A DNA stretch of 63,016 bases, counting the filler. It is 6 parts of 6 records of this genome, joined end to end, with 100 filler letters (N's around TTAATTAATTAA, not from the genome) between each part and the next. Parts side by side here need not be neighbours in the genome. Positions count along the whole stretch, not along the records: positions 37,720 to 44,544 come from SRR2962707_4466; positions 44,645 to 51,922 come from SRR2962707_4469; 4 more parts are not named here. One strand, given 5' to 3'. Shown piece by piece: positions 39,603 to 50,222 of the stretch; within the stretch, counting starts at the first letter, position 1; each line of letters begins with the position of its first letter. The notes beneath the pieces were generated by a model that was given only the letters and a program-made list of their open reading frames with translations, was not told the DNA's origin and made no database searches. The position numbers and the translations under genes were made by a program.

Positions 39603-42600
39603 TTAATCATCGAAGTCATCATCACCATAGTCATCCTCAAAATCGTCGTCGTCATAGTCCTCGTCATCATCTTCCTCAGTACCCTCTCGTTGTCGACGGT
39701 CATCTTCGTCGCCATTGTGAGAACCAGCGACAGAGGTGCCTGAAACGCGTCCGCTCACTTGATCAGAATGCATATTTTCTTCGCTGGCGCCACCTTCCAA
39801 TTCATCGTTGGAGTCGTCGGCATCCGTCTCAACTTCTCCAACATTGTTGTCGTCATTGTCGTCATCATCACCAACACCGTCCGAACCGCTCTCTTCAGAA
39901 CTTTCATCCTCACTGCTTTCATCACTGTCGTCGTCATCAGCAAACATCATGGCCAGCACAGCGCTGTCTTGTACGTTCCGAGGACTAAGTTTGAGTTCCG
40001 CCTTCGCAACCTGACGAGAACGCAAATAACACATCAGGAAATTTTCTTCCCGGCTCATCTAAATTGAATTCCAAGCAAGGAAACCAACAAAAACTACGAA
40101 GCACGTACTTCAGCTTTGTCACTCGATGCTGCCACTTCGGCGGCTCGAGCACGGCTCAGCTTCTTGTCTCTTCCACCACTACGCTTAGCCGCTTCGTTGG
40201 CCGCGCTCTTGGCTTTGCCAGAGGCTTTCGCTGAGGCCTTTTTTACCTTCTTGCGTCTGATGCCACCAGTTCTGACACTTGCTGGCGACGACATTAATGA
40301 CAACTTGGGACGAGGGCGCATGCGACTAAACATATCTAACTCGATATCACCACCACCATCACGGCCGGGCTCTCCATTTTTTCCACCGAAAAGAGCTGCG
40401 GCTGCTGCACTGCTGTGCAGACCACCTCCTGGTGTGTCGGCGCCTCCCGGTGTTGGGTGCGCCAGCCACCGGCTGGCCCTGTCTTTCTTTGCTGCAGCGA
40501 CCGATTCAGCATCATGCTTCCCGCCAGTCACTGTGGCAGGAGATAACGTGGATCCAGAAGGAGAATCCATACCTGCGGACGGCGTAAGCGTGGACGGGTG
40601 CAGATTCAATTGCCGACGTTGCTGACGCTTCCACGCGTCCTTCTGGTTGCGAAACGTATCCTCGATCATAGAGTCAAGCGCTCTCGCATTTTGTTTTTTC
40701 TGCTGCCGTTTGGCTCGCCGGGCCTTCTTCGTGGGTGCTTTGCTTTTGACCTTTTGCTTGCCCTTCGTTTTGGTCTTCTGCTTTCGCGCCCATTGAACGG
40801 CGTCAAGCAGAGCACTCGGCCCTTTGCCTTTCTTGCGGAGTTGGGGTGGACCAGGAGAATTGATTGCAGCATTAAGATGCTGCTCACTGGAGACGAGTAC
40901 CGGCGAAATGTTGGGGGTACTGTGAGATGTGTGCCGCGTGCTGTTGGCACCTTCACTTTTACTTGCTTTCTGCTGGTGCCGTCGCTCCTTCTGCATTTCC
41001 GCAAGTTGCCGTTTCGCCATCTCGATTTTGGCACGGGCTCTTTTTTCCTGTTCACTCATGCCCGGTTCCGAAGCATCCCCGGCCAGGGGTCCATCGACAC
41101 CAACCAGGTCCAGCGGTGGCACCACCGGCTCATCATTGTCACTTCCACCGCTGGTATTGTCGTCGCTGTCGTCTTCCGAATCGGTGGTGCTATTGCCCTC
41201 GCTGCGGCTGGTACGGCCAGTGTGTAGGCGACGCCTTGATGCAGCCGCGTCATTGGCCGATCGGCTGGTGTCTGGAATGCGCCTGGTTCGTGTGCTGTCC
41301 GACGCTTGCGAATCTTCTGCTTCATCGTATCTGTCGTCGTCGTAGTCGTCCTCCTGGTCGGAGTCATTGTCATCTCCTTCAAATGGAGTGTAAGCCGCAG
41401 ACTCGGGGCCGGCAGTCCTGTTCGCGGTGCCGGTTTTCGATTGCTCTCTTTTTCTGCTCTTCTTCTTCTGCTTTTTGGAACGATTCGCCGATTCTTCCTC
41501 CTTCAACAGTCGCAATGAATTCGGGGACAGCATTTTTTGCGCGGCTGCAATAGCGAGCAGGTGGCGGCGCATCTTCTTCTTTTCCTTTTTTACTTTCTTT
41601 CGAACACGCTCCTATACCAATGCACAGCGAAGGCCCGATGACCACAAGAAACGGAGCGACTGCATACTTGGAGTTGGTGGTGCACTTTGAGCAAACACAC
41701 CTTTGCGGCTTTGCGATACTCCTCAACCTTGCGGGCTTTCTCTTCTTCCTCCAGCTCCCGCTCGTACGCCGCCTCCGCAGCGGCCTGCTTCTCCCTCGCT
41801 CGCCGGTCGGCTCGCTCTGCGGCCTCTCGTTCTAACCTTTCTGCATATCTGTACAGGCAGCATCTCAAATATGAGCTTCGGGCCGCATTCAGGCGACCGT
41901 GTTGACTTTGAACATGGCCGAGAGCACTTACGCTGCTTGGCTCTCTTTCAACGCTGCTTGTCGTTCCCTTTCCAACTCGGCTGCTTTGGCTTCCTCCGCC
42001 GCCTGTCGTTCCTCCGCACGTTTAAGTGCCCGAGCTCGATTGCGCCGGCGCTGTCTGGCAAGGACTTTGAGCTCCTCTTCCCGGCGCATCTTTTCTTTTG
42101 CCTCGCGCTCTGCCGCGGCAGCTGCTTCTGCACGAGCCTGGAAACCGAAACCAACCAAAAACATGGAAGTTAGTGTTGAGAAAGCCTGCAGGCCCACGGC
42201 AACATGATTGCAGTGGCGATGGCCGATATGTTGAACGTCCTGCACCAAATATTGTGCCAGGCAAACTCACTTTGTATTCCTGCAGTTCACGCTTTTCGTC
42301 GCGGATTTCGCTGCGCCGCAGCACTTCACGAATTTGTGCAGCTCGTTGGGCTTTTTTCTCTGCCTCTTCGCGGCGTTCTTGGGCCAGCTTTTTTTGCCGT
42401 TTTCGCTCAGCACGTTCACGCGCCTGGAACGAAAGCACAGAAAAAACAGCCCATAGAATAGAAAAACATTAAGCGACACCATGATGCAGATCCCGGGACG
42501 ACGAAAGACACCGCTGACGCAGCATGCTGCACGTCACAGTTCTTGCGACAGCATGGACAGTTACCTTTTGTAAGCGAGCCTCCTTCGCTTTCGAGTCTTT

Positions 42601-44099
42601 GTGCCATTGAAGTCGGGCATTTTCTTTGGCCCGCTCCTCGGCAGCTTGCTCTTCCAGCTAACAAAAAAAAGGAACATCATATGGGAGAACGGAACAAGGG
42701 TGAAGGCAGCACACTATGAAAAATTTCAACATTCAAAACACACCTCTCGTTGTCGTCGCTCAGCCTTTCGCTGTTGGATTCGCAGAAGCTTGGCATCCCG
42801 AGCAGCCTGGTCAGTAGGAGTGTCAGTCAAAAGGACACAATAAGAAAACTCGGTCAACCCAAACATGTGTGCAGGCTATCAGCGGGCGATGAAAAAAAAA
42901 CGATTGGCGATGAACAACTTAGAACACCCGGAGCATACCGATTCTTGCTTCCACTTCGCGCGTTTGATCTCTTTAATTGCCATGGTCTTCAAGGCTTCTT
43001 GCTTCTCCTCGTCCGTCATGTCCGAGTCTGCAAACTTTGCCTCCAATCGTTTAAACGCAGGCATCCATTTTTGCATGTTGGACACTTGCATGGTGCGCTG
43101 CACAGATTTGAGGTGCGTGTTATCTCGCCGTTCGCGGCCTTGTGCTGCACCGTCGTCAACCGCTGCGTCACGATTTCGTGGACTGTTGAGTGGGCTCACG
43201 ACAATTTGTTGCTGGCGCCCATGGTATTTGCTTTTTGGTGAAGCAAGCAATGCGCCGCCTTCAGCGGTGGCGCGCTTTGGTGGTCGTTTCGGCCCAACGC
43301 GACGGGTTTCGACCATTAAAGGACGATCGTGTTGCCCATGTTGCACACCTTCACCCTCTAAGAGACCACGCGACGCCCGCCAGGTCCTTTGGATGAGTTC
43401 CGCACTGGCGCGCCGACGAACATGCCGATGCTGTCGGAATTTGTTTTGAATTGCAGCTGCGTTGGCGTGCCGGCGCTTCTCCTCTGCTGCAGCGTGTGCA
43501 GCGCGCTCGCGGGCAGCCCTGGCCTCGGCTTCGGCCTTCTCACGAGCTGCGATTTGCCGCGCAAGTTCGTCTCTTGCAGCCTGAGCTGCACGCTCGCGCT
43601 CCTCCGATAGTCGTTGGCGCGTGCGCTTCGCGAGATACATACGAGACGCACGAATCAGCGTGGCCGTAGCGCGGCGAACGCGCCACAGTCTATGCTGCGC
43701 AGCAAAGGCACGCCAGACGCTTTGAAGCGCTACCGCCCCATCTTCGCGAGCCTCGCGGTCACGAATGTGCACGAAAAACCGCTGAATCGTGTCGGCTGCG
43801 CGATTAAGTTCGCGTTGCCGCGCCTGCCTCTTCAAGATCCGCTCTTTCCGCAACTGGAGCTTTCGCGCCAGCTCCTCCGCCTTGGCTTGCTCCTCCTGGA
43901 AGGCCTCTTCCAGCTTCTGCGCCCGCTCCAGGTTCTTCTTGGCCCTCAGAGCCGCCAACTTCGTGGCTCGAGTGGCCGCGTGAATGCTGGTGTCGGTCCC
44001 AATACGCCCTGACATGGCAGTCGAGAAGCCCGCGCGCTTGCCGTAAGACTCGTTGGCATTCAGCGCCCGCACCACGTTCGTGTGAGAGTACCCGGACAT
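39603..44099 (-). CDS. Multi-exon eukaryotic IQ-motif/coiled-coil protein with acidic C-terminus
   Basis: Exon ~42938-44099 carries IQ-like motifs (TIQRFF, LQSVWRA, IQNKFRQ, IQRTWRA). E/K/R-rich exons follow, then a large exon ~40110-41610 and a D/E-rich last exon ending at TAA 39603. Exact junctions only partly resolved. Confidence 0.7.
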
Positions 44100-44544
44100 A
44101 GCTGCTGGATCGGGTTCGATTGGGTCGAAGTCGATGCGCCCTAGGTGCGGGGGTGCGATGCAGAATGCACTCAGAGAGTACGCAGAGAGTGCTGCCAACG
44201 CACTTAGCTCAATTCAATCCGAAGGCGCAAGTGGCTGCGAGATTGATGCGTGGATCGGGGCTGTTTGGAACTGCGGCGGTTCCTGTCAAAGCCGAAGGAG
44301 CGAAGGAGCGAGCGAACGAACAGCAGAGGCGCGAACGCAACGGCCTTCGCTGAGCGCTTGCTCCCTCAATCCCACCCCTTTTTCCGCCAGCAAGGCAGGA
44401 AATGGGGAGGAGAGGGAGCTTGCAGCTCTGCGTCAATGGACGTTGGAAAAGTCGGGTCGTGAGCACACACAAAGTGTTTCCAAAAAAACGGCTAAACAGC
44501 GAGGGAAAGGCGGACGGAAAAAAAAAAAGAAAAAAAAAAAAAAA

Positions 44545-44644
44545 NNNNNNNNNNNNNNNNNNNNNNNNNNNNNNNNNNNNNNNNNNNNTTAATTAATTAA
44601 NNNNNNNNNNNNNNNNNNNNNNNNNNNNNNNNNNNNNNNNNNNN
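44545..44644. other. Artificial contig spacer
   Basis: 44 N + TTAATTAATTAA + 44 N. Confidence 0.99.
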
Positions 44645-45306
44645 TCTGCGGCTACATCAACGGCTTTCTCGTGGCCGTGATGAAGCTGCCACCCTTCATC
44701 GTCACGCTAGGCATGTGGCAGATCGTGCTGGCCACAAATTTTCTCTATTCGGCCAACGAGACCATTCGGGCTCAGGACATTGCCGATCAGGCGCCGTTGT
44801 TGCAGTTCTTTGGCAACAAGATCTCCGTCGGCGGCGCTGTTTTCACCTATGGCGTGATCTTCCTGGTGCTGTTGGTTCTGTTCATGGCCTATGTGCTCAA
44901 GCAGACCGCCTGGGGACGCCATGTCTACGCGGTCGGCGATGACCCCGAGGCGGCGGAATTGGCCGGCGTCCAGGTCAAGCGGACACTGATTTCGGTCTAT
45001 ATGCTTTCGGGCCTGATCTGCGCCTTTGCCGGCTGGGCCCTGATTGGACGCATTGGCTCTGTCTCGCCGACCTCGGGTCAGCTGGGAAACATTGAATCCA
45101 TAACTGCCGTGGTGATCGGCGGCATCTCGCTGTTTGGCGGGCGTGGCTCGATCATGGGCATGCTTTTTGGCGCGCTGATCGTTGGAGTCTTCTCGCTCGG
45201 CCTCAGGCTGCTCGGCGCCGACGCACAATGGACTTACCTGCTCATTGGCGTGCTCATCATTGCCGCCGTCACCGTCGACCAGTGGATCAGAAAGGTGTCA
45301 GTCTGA
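44645..45306 (+). CDS. frcC: Sugar ABC permease, fructose-type (5' truncated)
   Basis: LPPFIVTLG, WGRHVYAVGDD, ESITAVVIGG.SLFGG, DQWIRKV; followed by frcA and frcK. Confidence 0.85.
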
Positions 45307-46082
45307 TGGAACCCATTCTCAAAGGCCGCAACCTCGTCAAGCGCTACGGCCGTGTGGTCGCACTCGACAATTGCGATTTCGATCTCCACCACGGCGAGAT
45401 TCTCGCTGTCATCGGCGACAATGGTGCGGGCAAGTCAACCTTGATCAAGGCTGTCTCGGGCGCTGTTGTTCCGGACTCCGGCAAGATCTGGCTTGAAGGC
45501 AAGGAAATCAACTTCCAGACGCCGCTCGACGGCCGCCATGCCGGTATTGAAACCGTCTACCAGACGCTCGCCATGTCACCGGCACTGTCGATCACCGACA
45601 ACATGTTCATGGGCCGCGAACTGCGCAAACCTGGCTTTCTCGGCTCGGTGATGCGGCAACTCGATCACAAGGCGATGGACGCTTTCGCCCGTGACAAGCT
45701 CAATGAGCTTGGCCTGCTGACCATCCAGAACATCAACCAGGCGGTCGAAACACTGTCTGGCGGCCAGCGCCAGGGCGTGGCCGTTGCGCGCGCTGCAGCC
45801 TTCGGGTCCAAGGTTATCGTCCTTGATGAACCGACCGCAGCTCTCGGCGTCAAGGAAAGCCGGCGCGTGCTGGAGCTGATCCTTGATGTCCGCTCGCGCG
45901 GCATCCCGATCATCCTGATCTCGCACAACATGCCGCACGTCTTCGAGGTTGCGGACCGGATCCACATCCATAGGCTCGGAAAACGGCTCTGTGTCATCAA
46001 GCCGAAGGATTACACGATGTCGGATGCCGTCGCCTTCATGACCGGAGCCAAGGAGCCTCCGGAAGAAGCAATAGCAGCCTGA
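45306..46082 (+). CDS. frcA: Sugar ABC ATP-binding protein
   Basis: GDNGAGKS, LSGGQRQ, LDEPT, SHN; TGATG overlap with frcC. Confidence 0.88.
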   Translation: MEPILKGRNLVKRYGRVVALDNCDFDLHHGEILAVIGDNGAGKSTLIKAVSGAVVPDSGKIWLEGKEINFQTPLDGRHAGIETVYQTLAMSPALSITDNMFMGRELRKPGFLGSVMRQLDHKAMDAFARDKLNELGLLTIQNINQAVETLSGGQRQGVAVARAAAFGSKVIVLDEPTAALGVKESRRVLELILDVRSRGIPIILISHNMPHVFEVADRIHIHRLGKRLCVIKPKDYTMSDAVAFMTGAKEPPEEAIAA

Positions 46083-46087
46083 CGCCG

Positions 46088-46729
46088 GTGACGACCATCG
46101 ACGCTAACGCCGAAAGGCTGGTGGAGGCCGCCATCGCCAAGGCAGGGGACAGCCAGCGCTTTGTCATCGCATTGGTCGGTCCACCTGGAGTTGGTAAGTC
46201 AACGCTTTCGGAGGCTTTGGTGGCCGAGTTCAGCCGGCGCGACGAGGGGGCGGCAATCGTTCCCATGGACGGGTTTCATCTGGATAATGCGGTGCTTGAG
46301 GCGCAAGGAACATTGGCGCGCAAGGGTGCCCCGTTCACCTTTGACAGCGATGGATATGCAGCCTTGCTGGGACGCCTCCATGCGGAATCTGACAGGGACA
46401 TCGCAGTGCCGGTGTTCGATCGTTCTCTGGACCTCGCTCGAGCCGGGGGCACCATTGTTACCCCCAGGCACCGGTTCCTGATCGCGGAAGGCAACTATCT
46501 GCTGCTGGACGATCCCGCCTGGAAGCGAATGGCCGGTCTGTTCGATCTCACGATCATGCTGAAGGCCGACATGGCGGAATTGTCCAGACGGTTGATTGAC
46601 CGCTGGCTCGGGCATGGCCTTGATGCCGAACAGGCCCGTATGCGGGCCTTGTCCAACGACATCCCCAATGCCGAACTGGTCCTCCGCAAGTCAGTCAAGG
46701 CCGATCTTGAGATCGATACCGATACGTAA
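46088..46729 (+). CDS. frcK: FrcK/YggC-like P-loop kinase
   Basis: GPPGVGKST, PMDGFH, RKGAPFTFD, EGNYLLL, NDIPNA. Confidence 0.82.
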   Translation: MTTIDANAERLVEAAIAKAGDSQRFVIALVGPPGVGKSTLSEALVAEFSRRDEGAAIVPMDGFHLDNAVLEAQGTLARKGAPFTFDSDGYAALLGRLHAESDRDIAVPVFDRSLDLARAGGTIVTPRHRFLIAEGNYLLLDDPAWKRMAGLFDLTIMLKADMAELSRRLIDRWLGHGLDAEQARMRALSNDIPNAELVLRKSVKADLEIDTDT

Positions 46730-46793
46730 TCCGCTGATAAGATGCAGCGGGTTTGCGGTACGATTGTTTTTGGCGCGACACGATAACAATCAC

Positions 46794-46825
46794 AAAAAAA
46801 GCCCCGGCGCTTTCACACCGGGGCT
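46794..46825 (-). terminator. Rho-independent terminator of the liv operon
   Basis: On the minus strand, an AGCCCCGG...CCGGGGCT stem followed by a T-run. Confidence 0.85.
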
Positions 46826-46849
46826 CCAATCAGTCAACTGAATCGAAGA

Positions 46850-47953
46850 CTATTCGATTTCAGCGTACTTGCCGTCTGACCAGCGGTAGAAGACGTAGCC
46901 CGGAAGCGAGACGTCACCCTTGGCGTCGAAATTCAGATCGCCAAGTACGGTGTTGAAATCGCCTGTGTTGAGGGCTTCGCGGACCGCGTCATAGTCGGTC
47001 GATCCGGCAGTTGTGACAGCCTGTGCATAGGCCTGAATGGCCGCATAGGTGTACATCACGTAGCCTTCGGTGGTCTTGCCGGCATCCTGCAGCGCCTTGA
47101 CGACGGCAGCAGCGCCTTCGCGCTTGGTCGGATCAGGCGAGAAGGTCATCAGTGTGCCTTCGCCGGCATCGCCGGTGATTGCCCAGTACTCGTCGGTAAC
47201 CAGCGCATCGCCCGAAACCAGAACAGTGGACATGCCCTGTTCCTTCATCTGACGAGCCATCAGGCCGGCTTCGGTGTGGTAGCCGCCGACATAAAGGACG
47301 TCGATGCCTTCCTGCTTCATCTTCGAGACGAGAGCGGAATAATCCTTCTCACCTGCGGTGTAGGCTTCGTACATGGCTGCAGTGCCGCCGCCGGCTTCGA
47401 ACGAACCCTTGGTGGCGTCAGCGAGACCCTTGCCGTAAGCGGTCTTGTCGTGAACGAAAGCGATCTTCTTGCCTGCATAGTTCTTCAGCAGGTACGCAGC
47501 AGCGGTTTCACCCTGCTGGTCATCACGGCCACAAACACGGTAGGTGCCGCCATCGGCGCCGCCTGGACGCTCATCGGTGAAGGTCGGGTTGGTCGAGGCC
47601 GGCGAGATCTGGATGATGCCTTCGTCTGAATAGACGGCCGATGCCGGGATCGAGGAGCCCGAGCAGAAGTGACCTGCCACGAACACAACACCGCTACCAG
47701 CGAACTGGTTGGCGACAGCAACAGCCTGCTTCGGGTCGCAAGCGTCATCGCCGATTTCGAGCTTCAGCATTTCGCCGTTGACGCCGCCAGCAGCATTGAT
47801 GTCTGCGACAGCCTGTTCGGCGCCGGTTTTCATCTGCTCACCGAAGGAAGCGTACTGGCCTGTCATCGGACCTGCGGTTGCAATGACGATTTCAGCCGAA
47901 GCTGAAGACATTGCGAAGCCGAGTGCGGCTCCGGCCAAAAGAATCTTCTTCAT
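46850..47953 (-). CDS. livK: Branched-chain amino acid ABC substrate-binding protein
   Basis: Signal peptide MKKILLAG; GPMTGQYA, DDACDPKQA, GHFCSGSS, GRDDQQG. Confidence 0.92.
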   Translation of the reverse strand: MKKILLAGAALGFAMSSASAEIVIATAGPMTGQYASFGEQMKTGAEQAVADINAAGGVNGEMLKLEIGDDACDPKQAVAVANQFAGSGVVFVAGHFCSGSSIPASAVYSDEGIIQISPASTNPTFTDERPGGADGGTYRVCGRDDQQGETAAAYLLKNYAGKKIAFVHDKTAYGKGLADATKGSFEAGGGTAAMYEAYTAGEKDYSALVSKMKQEGIDVLYVGGYHTEAGLMARQMKEQGMSTVLVSGDALVTDEYWAITGDAGEGTLMTFSPDPTKREGAAAVVKALQDAGKTTEGYVMYTYAAIQAYAQAVTTAGSTDYDAVREALNTGDFNTVLGDLNFDAKGDVSLPGYVFYRWSDGKYAEIE

Positions 47954-48121
47954 ATCAACTCCCAGCAACGCCTGTTCGTTTCCTATCACCGGTGTCTCAG
48001 GCGCTGACTGTATTCGGCGCCGGTGTGGGGGGCTTATGCCCCGTGTGCAACCATCTAATCTGATCTTTTGAAAGAAATACAGAGCTTTTTAGATGGTGAT
48101 TCAAACCATTTTGCTGAGCGG

Positions 48122-48472
48122 TTAATTGCTCTTCTGTCGCCAGCCAAATGGCCCTGAACGGGTGAATGCGAAACTGTACTGCGTGGCTATCTGTCCGGCG
48201 CGCGTGAAGCGCATCCCCAGGAACGCAAAGATCAGAATGACAACGAAATCGACCACGAAATAATAGCCCGACAACAACGTCCCGTTGAACAGCGCGAAAT
48301 GGATGAACCGGACCGCCAGGCCCAGGATCAGCATGTAGCCGGCGAGCTGAAGCGGCGTCCGCCAGGTCTGGGCCACTGCCCGCCCGGTCATCCATGCCGT
48401 CCCGCCGCCCAGGATCATCGTGACGAAGATGAATTCCGCAATGGAGACTTCCCACAAGAGGCCGTTTTCCAT
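48122..48472 (-). CDS. Small membrane protein within the liv operon (DUF6867-like)
   Basis: Three hydrophobic segments; GRAVAQTWR, RFIHFALF, QY...R.GP..W. Confidence 0.8.
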   Translation of the reverse strand: MENGLLWEVSIAEFIFVTMILGGGTAWMTGRAVAQTWRTPLQLAGYMLILGLAVRFIHFALFNGTLLSGYYFVVDFVVILIFAFLGMRFTRAGQIATQYSFAFTRSGPFGWRQKSN

Positions 48473-48501
48473 GTCCTATTTCCCTGTTGCTGCGATAGGC
48501 A

Positions 48502-49233
48502 TTAGTGAGCTCCGCCTTCAAGATAGGCGGCGCGAACTTCATCGCGTTTGAGCAACTCCGCACCGGTGCCGGACAGCGTGATGTTGCCATTGACCATCAC
48601 ATAGCCGCGGTGGGCGAGCTTGAGCGCGTGAAATGCATTCTGTTCAACGAGGAACACGGTCAGCCCCTCATTGGTGTTGAGTTCCTTGATGATCTCGAAG
48701 ATCTGCTTGACGATCAACGGCGCAAGGCCGAGCGACGGCTCATCGAGAAGCAACAGCTTTGGGCGGCTCATCAGAGCCCGCGCGATGGCGAGCATCTGCT
48801 GTTCTCCGCCCGACAGCGTGCCGCCGCGTTGCGTGGCGCGCTCCTTGAGCCTCGGAAACAGATCGAAGACCCGCTTGAGATCATCGTCGAAATATTTGTC
48901 ATCGACCAACTGCGAGCCCATCTGGAGATTTTCCAGAACGGTCATGCGGCCAAAGATGCGACGGCCCTCCGGCGACTGGGCGATGCCCATTCGGATAATT
49001 TCATGGGTCGGCATCCGGCTGATGTCCTGGCCGTCAAAGATGATCTCGCCAGCCCGGGCACGCGGGCTGCCGCAGATCGTCATCATCAGGGTCGACTTGC
49101 CCGCGCCATTGGCCCCGATCAGCGTAACGATCTCGCCCTTTTTGACATCGACATCGACGCCACGCAGCGCAACGATCTTGCCATAATAGGTTTCGACGCC
49201 GCGGATCGTCAGGAGGTTTTCGCCACCACTCAT
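48502..49233 (-). CDS. livF: BCAA ABC ATP-binding protein
   Basis: GANGAGKST, SPEGRRIF, LSGGEQQM, LDEPSLGLAP, AYLEGG. Confidence 0.95.
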   Translation of the reverse strand: MSGGENLLTIRGVETYYGKIVALRGVDVDVKKGEIVTLIGANGAGKSTLMMTICGSPRARAGEIIFDGQDISRMPTHEIIRMGIAQSPEGRRIFGRMTVLENLQMGSQLVDDKYFDDDLKRVFDLFPRLKERATQRGGTLSGGEQQMLAIARALMSRPKLLLLDEPSLGLAPLIVKQIFEIIKELNTNEGLTVFLVEQNAFHALKLAHRGYVMVNGNITLSGTGAELLKRDEVRAAYLEGGAH

Positions 49234-50222
49234 GACTGGCCTCCCTTGTCGGTCTCTGTGGAGTTTTTAACGGCATGCCTGATCGGCATCTCGATCTCTT
49301 CCTCGACAGCCGCAACTTCATCTTCATCGACGCCGAGATAGGCCGAAATCACTTTCGGGTCGTTCTTGACATGATCGGCGCTGCCATCGGAAATTTTCTG
49401 GCCATAGTCGAGCACCACCACATGGTCCGAAATCTCCATGACCACGCCCATGTCATGCTCGATCAGCAGGATCGAGGTGCCGTGTTCCTTGCGGATGAAT
49501 TGCAGGAGATTGTTCAGTTCGGTGGATTCACGAGGATTGAGGCCTGCGGCAGGCTCATCCAGGCACAGCAGATGGGGGCGGGTGCACATGGCGCGTGCGA
49601 TTTCGAGCCGCCGCTGATCGCCATAGGGCAGGTCCGCAGCCGGATCGTCCGCCCGCTCGATCAGGCCTGTCTTTTCGAGCCAGTATGCTGCGAAATCGAT
49701 GGCTTCGGCCCGGGCCTTTTTGTAGCCGGGCATATTGAAAATGCCGCCAATTGTCATCGACGAGGCAATCATCAGCGGATTGTGCTGCGCTACCAGAAGG
49801 TTTTCCAGCGCAGTCATGCCGCCGAAAAGCCGGATGTTCTGGAACGTGCGGGCCACCTTGGCGCGTTTGGAAATTTCGAAATCAGGCATGCGTTCGAGCA
49901 AGAACACCCGGTTGTCGCCATCATCGTTGAATTGCCGTCCGGTGCGGGTCAAGGCTTCGATCTTTTCGGACTGGAAGCCTTCGCCATGGCGCATGACAAT
50001 GCGGCCTTCGGTGGGTTTGTAAAACCCGGTCACGCAGTTGAACACCGTGGTCTTGCCGGCGCCGTTCGGTCCGATCAAGGCGGTGATATCGCCGCGGCCG
50101 ACATTGAAGCTGAGATCGTTGACGGCAACCAGTCCGCCGAAGCGCATGGTCAGATGCTCGACCGACAGAACCACATTGGTGTCCCAGTTGTGCGCGGAGG
50201 TCGTTTTCATTGCGGTTTCCAT
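49230..50222 (-). CDS. livG: BCAA ABC ATP-binding protein
   Basis: GPNGAGKTT, RTFQNIRLF, LPYGDQRR, LDEPAAG, IEHDM, AYLG. Confidence 0.95.
   Translation of the reverse strand: METAMKTTSAHNWDTNVVLSVEHLTMRFGGLVAVNDLSFNVGRGDITALIGPNGAGKTTVFNCVTGFYKPTEGRIVMRHGEGFQSEKIEALTRTGRQFNDDGDNRVFLLERMPDFEISKRAKVARTFQNIRLFGGMTALENLLVAQHNPLMIASSMTIGGIFNMPGYKKARAEAIDFAAYWLEKTGLIERADDPAADLPYGDQRRLEIARAMCTRPHLLCLDEPAAGLNPRESTELNNLLQFIRKEHGTSILLIEHDMGVVMEISDHVVVLDYGQKISDGSADHVKNDPKVISAYLGVDEDEVAAVEEEIEMPIRHAVKNSTETDKGGQS

Noticed and set aside
44518-44544. Poly(A) run as an mRNA tail or retro-element
   Set aside because: It is a homopolymer at a contig end, upstream of an intron-containing minus-strand gene; most likely an assembly break.
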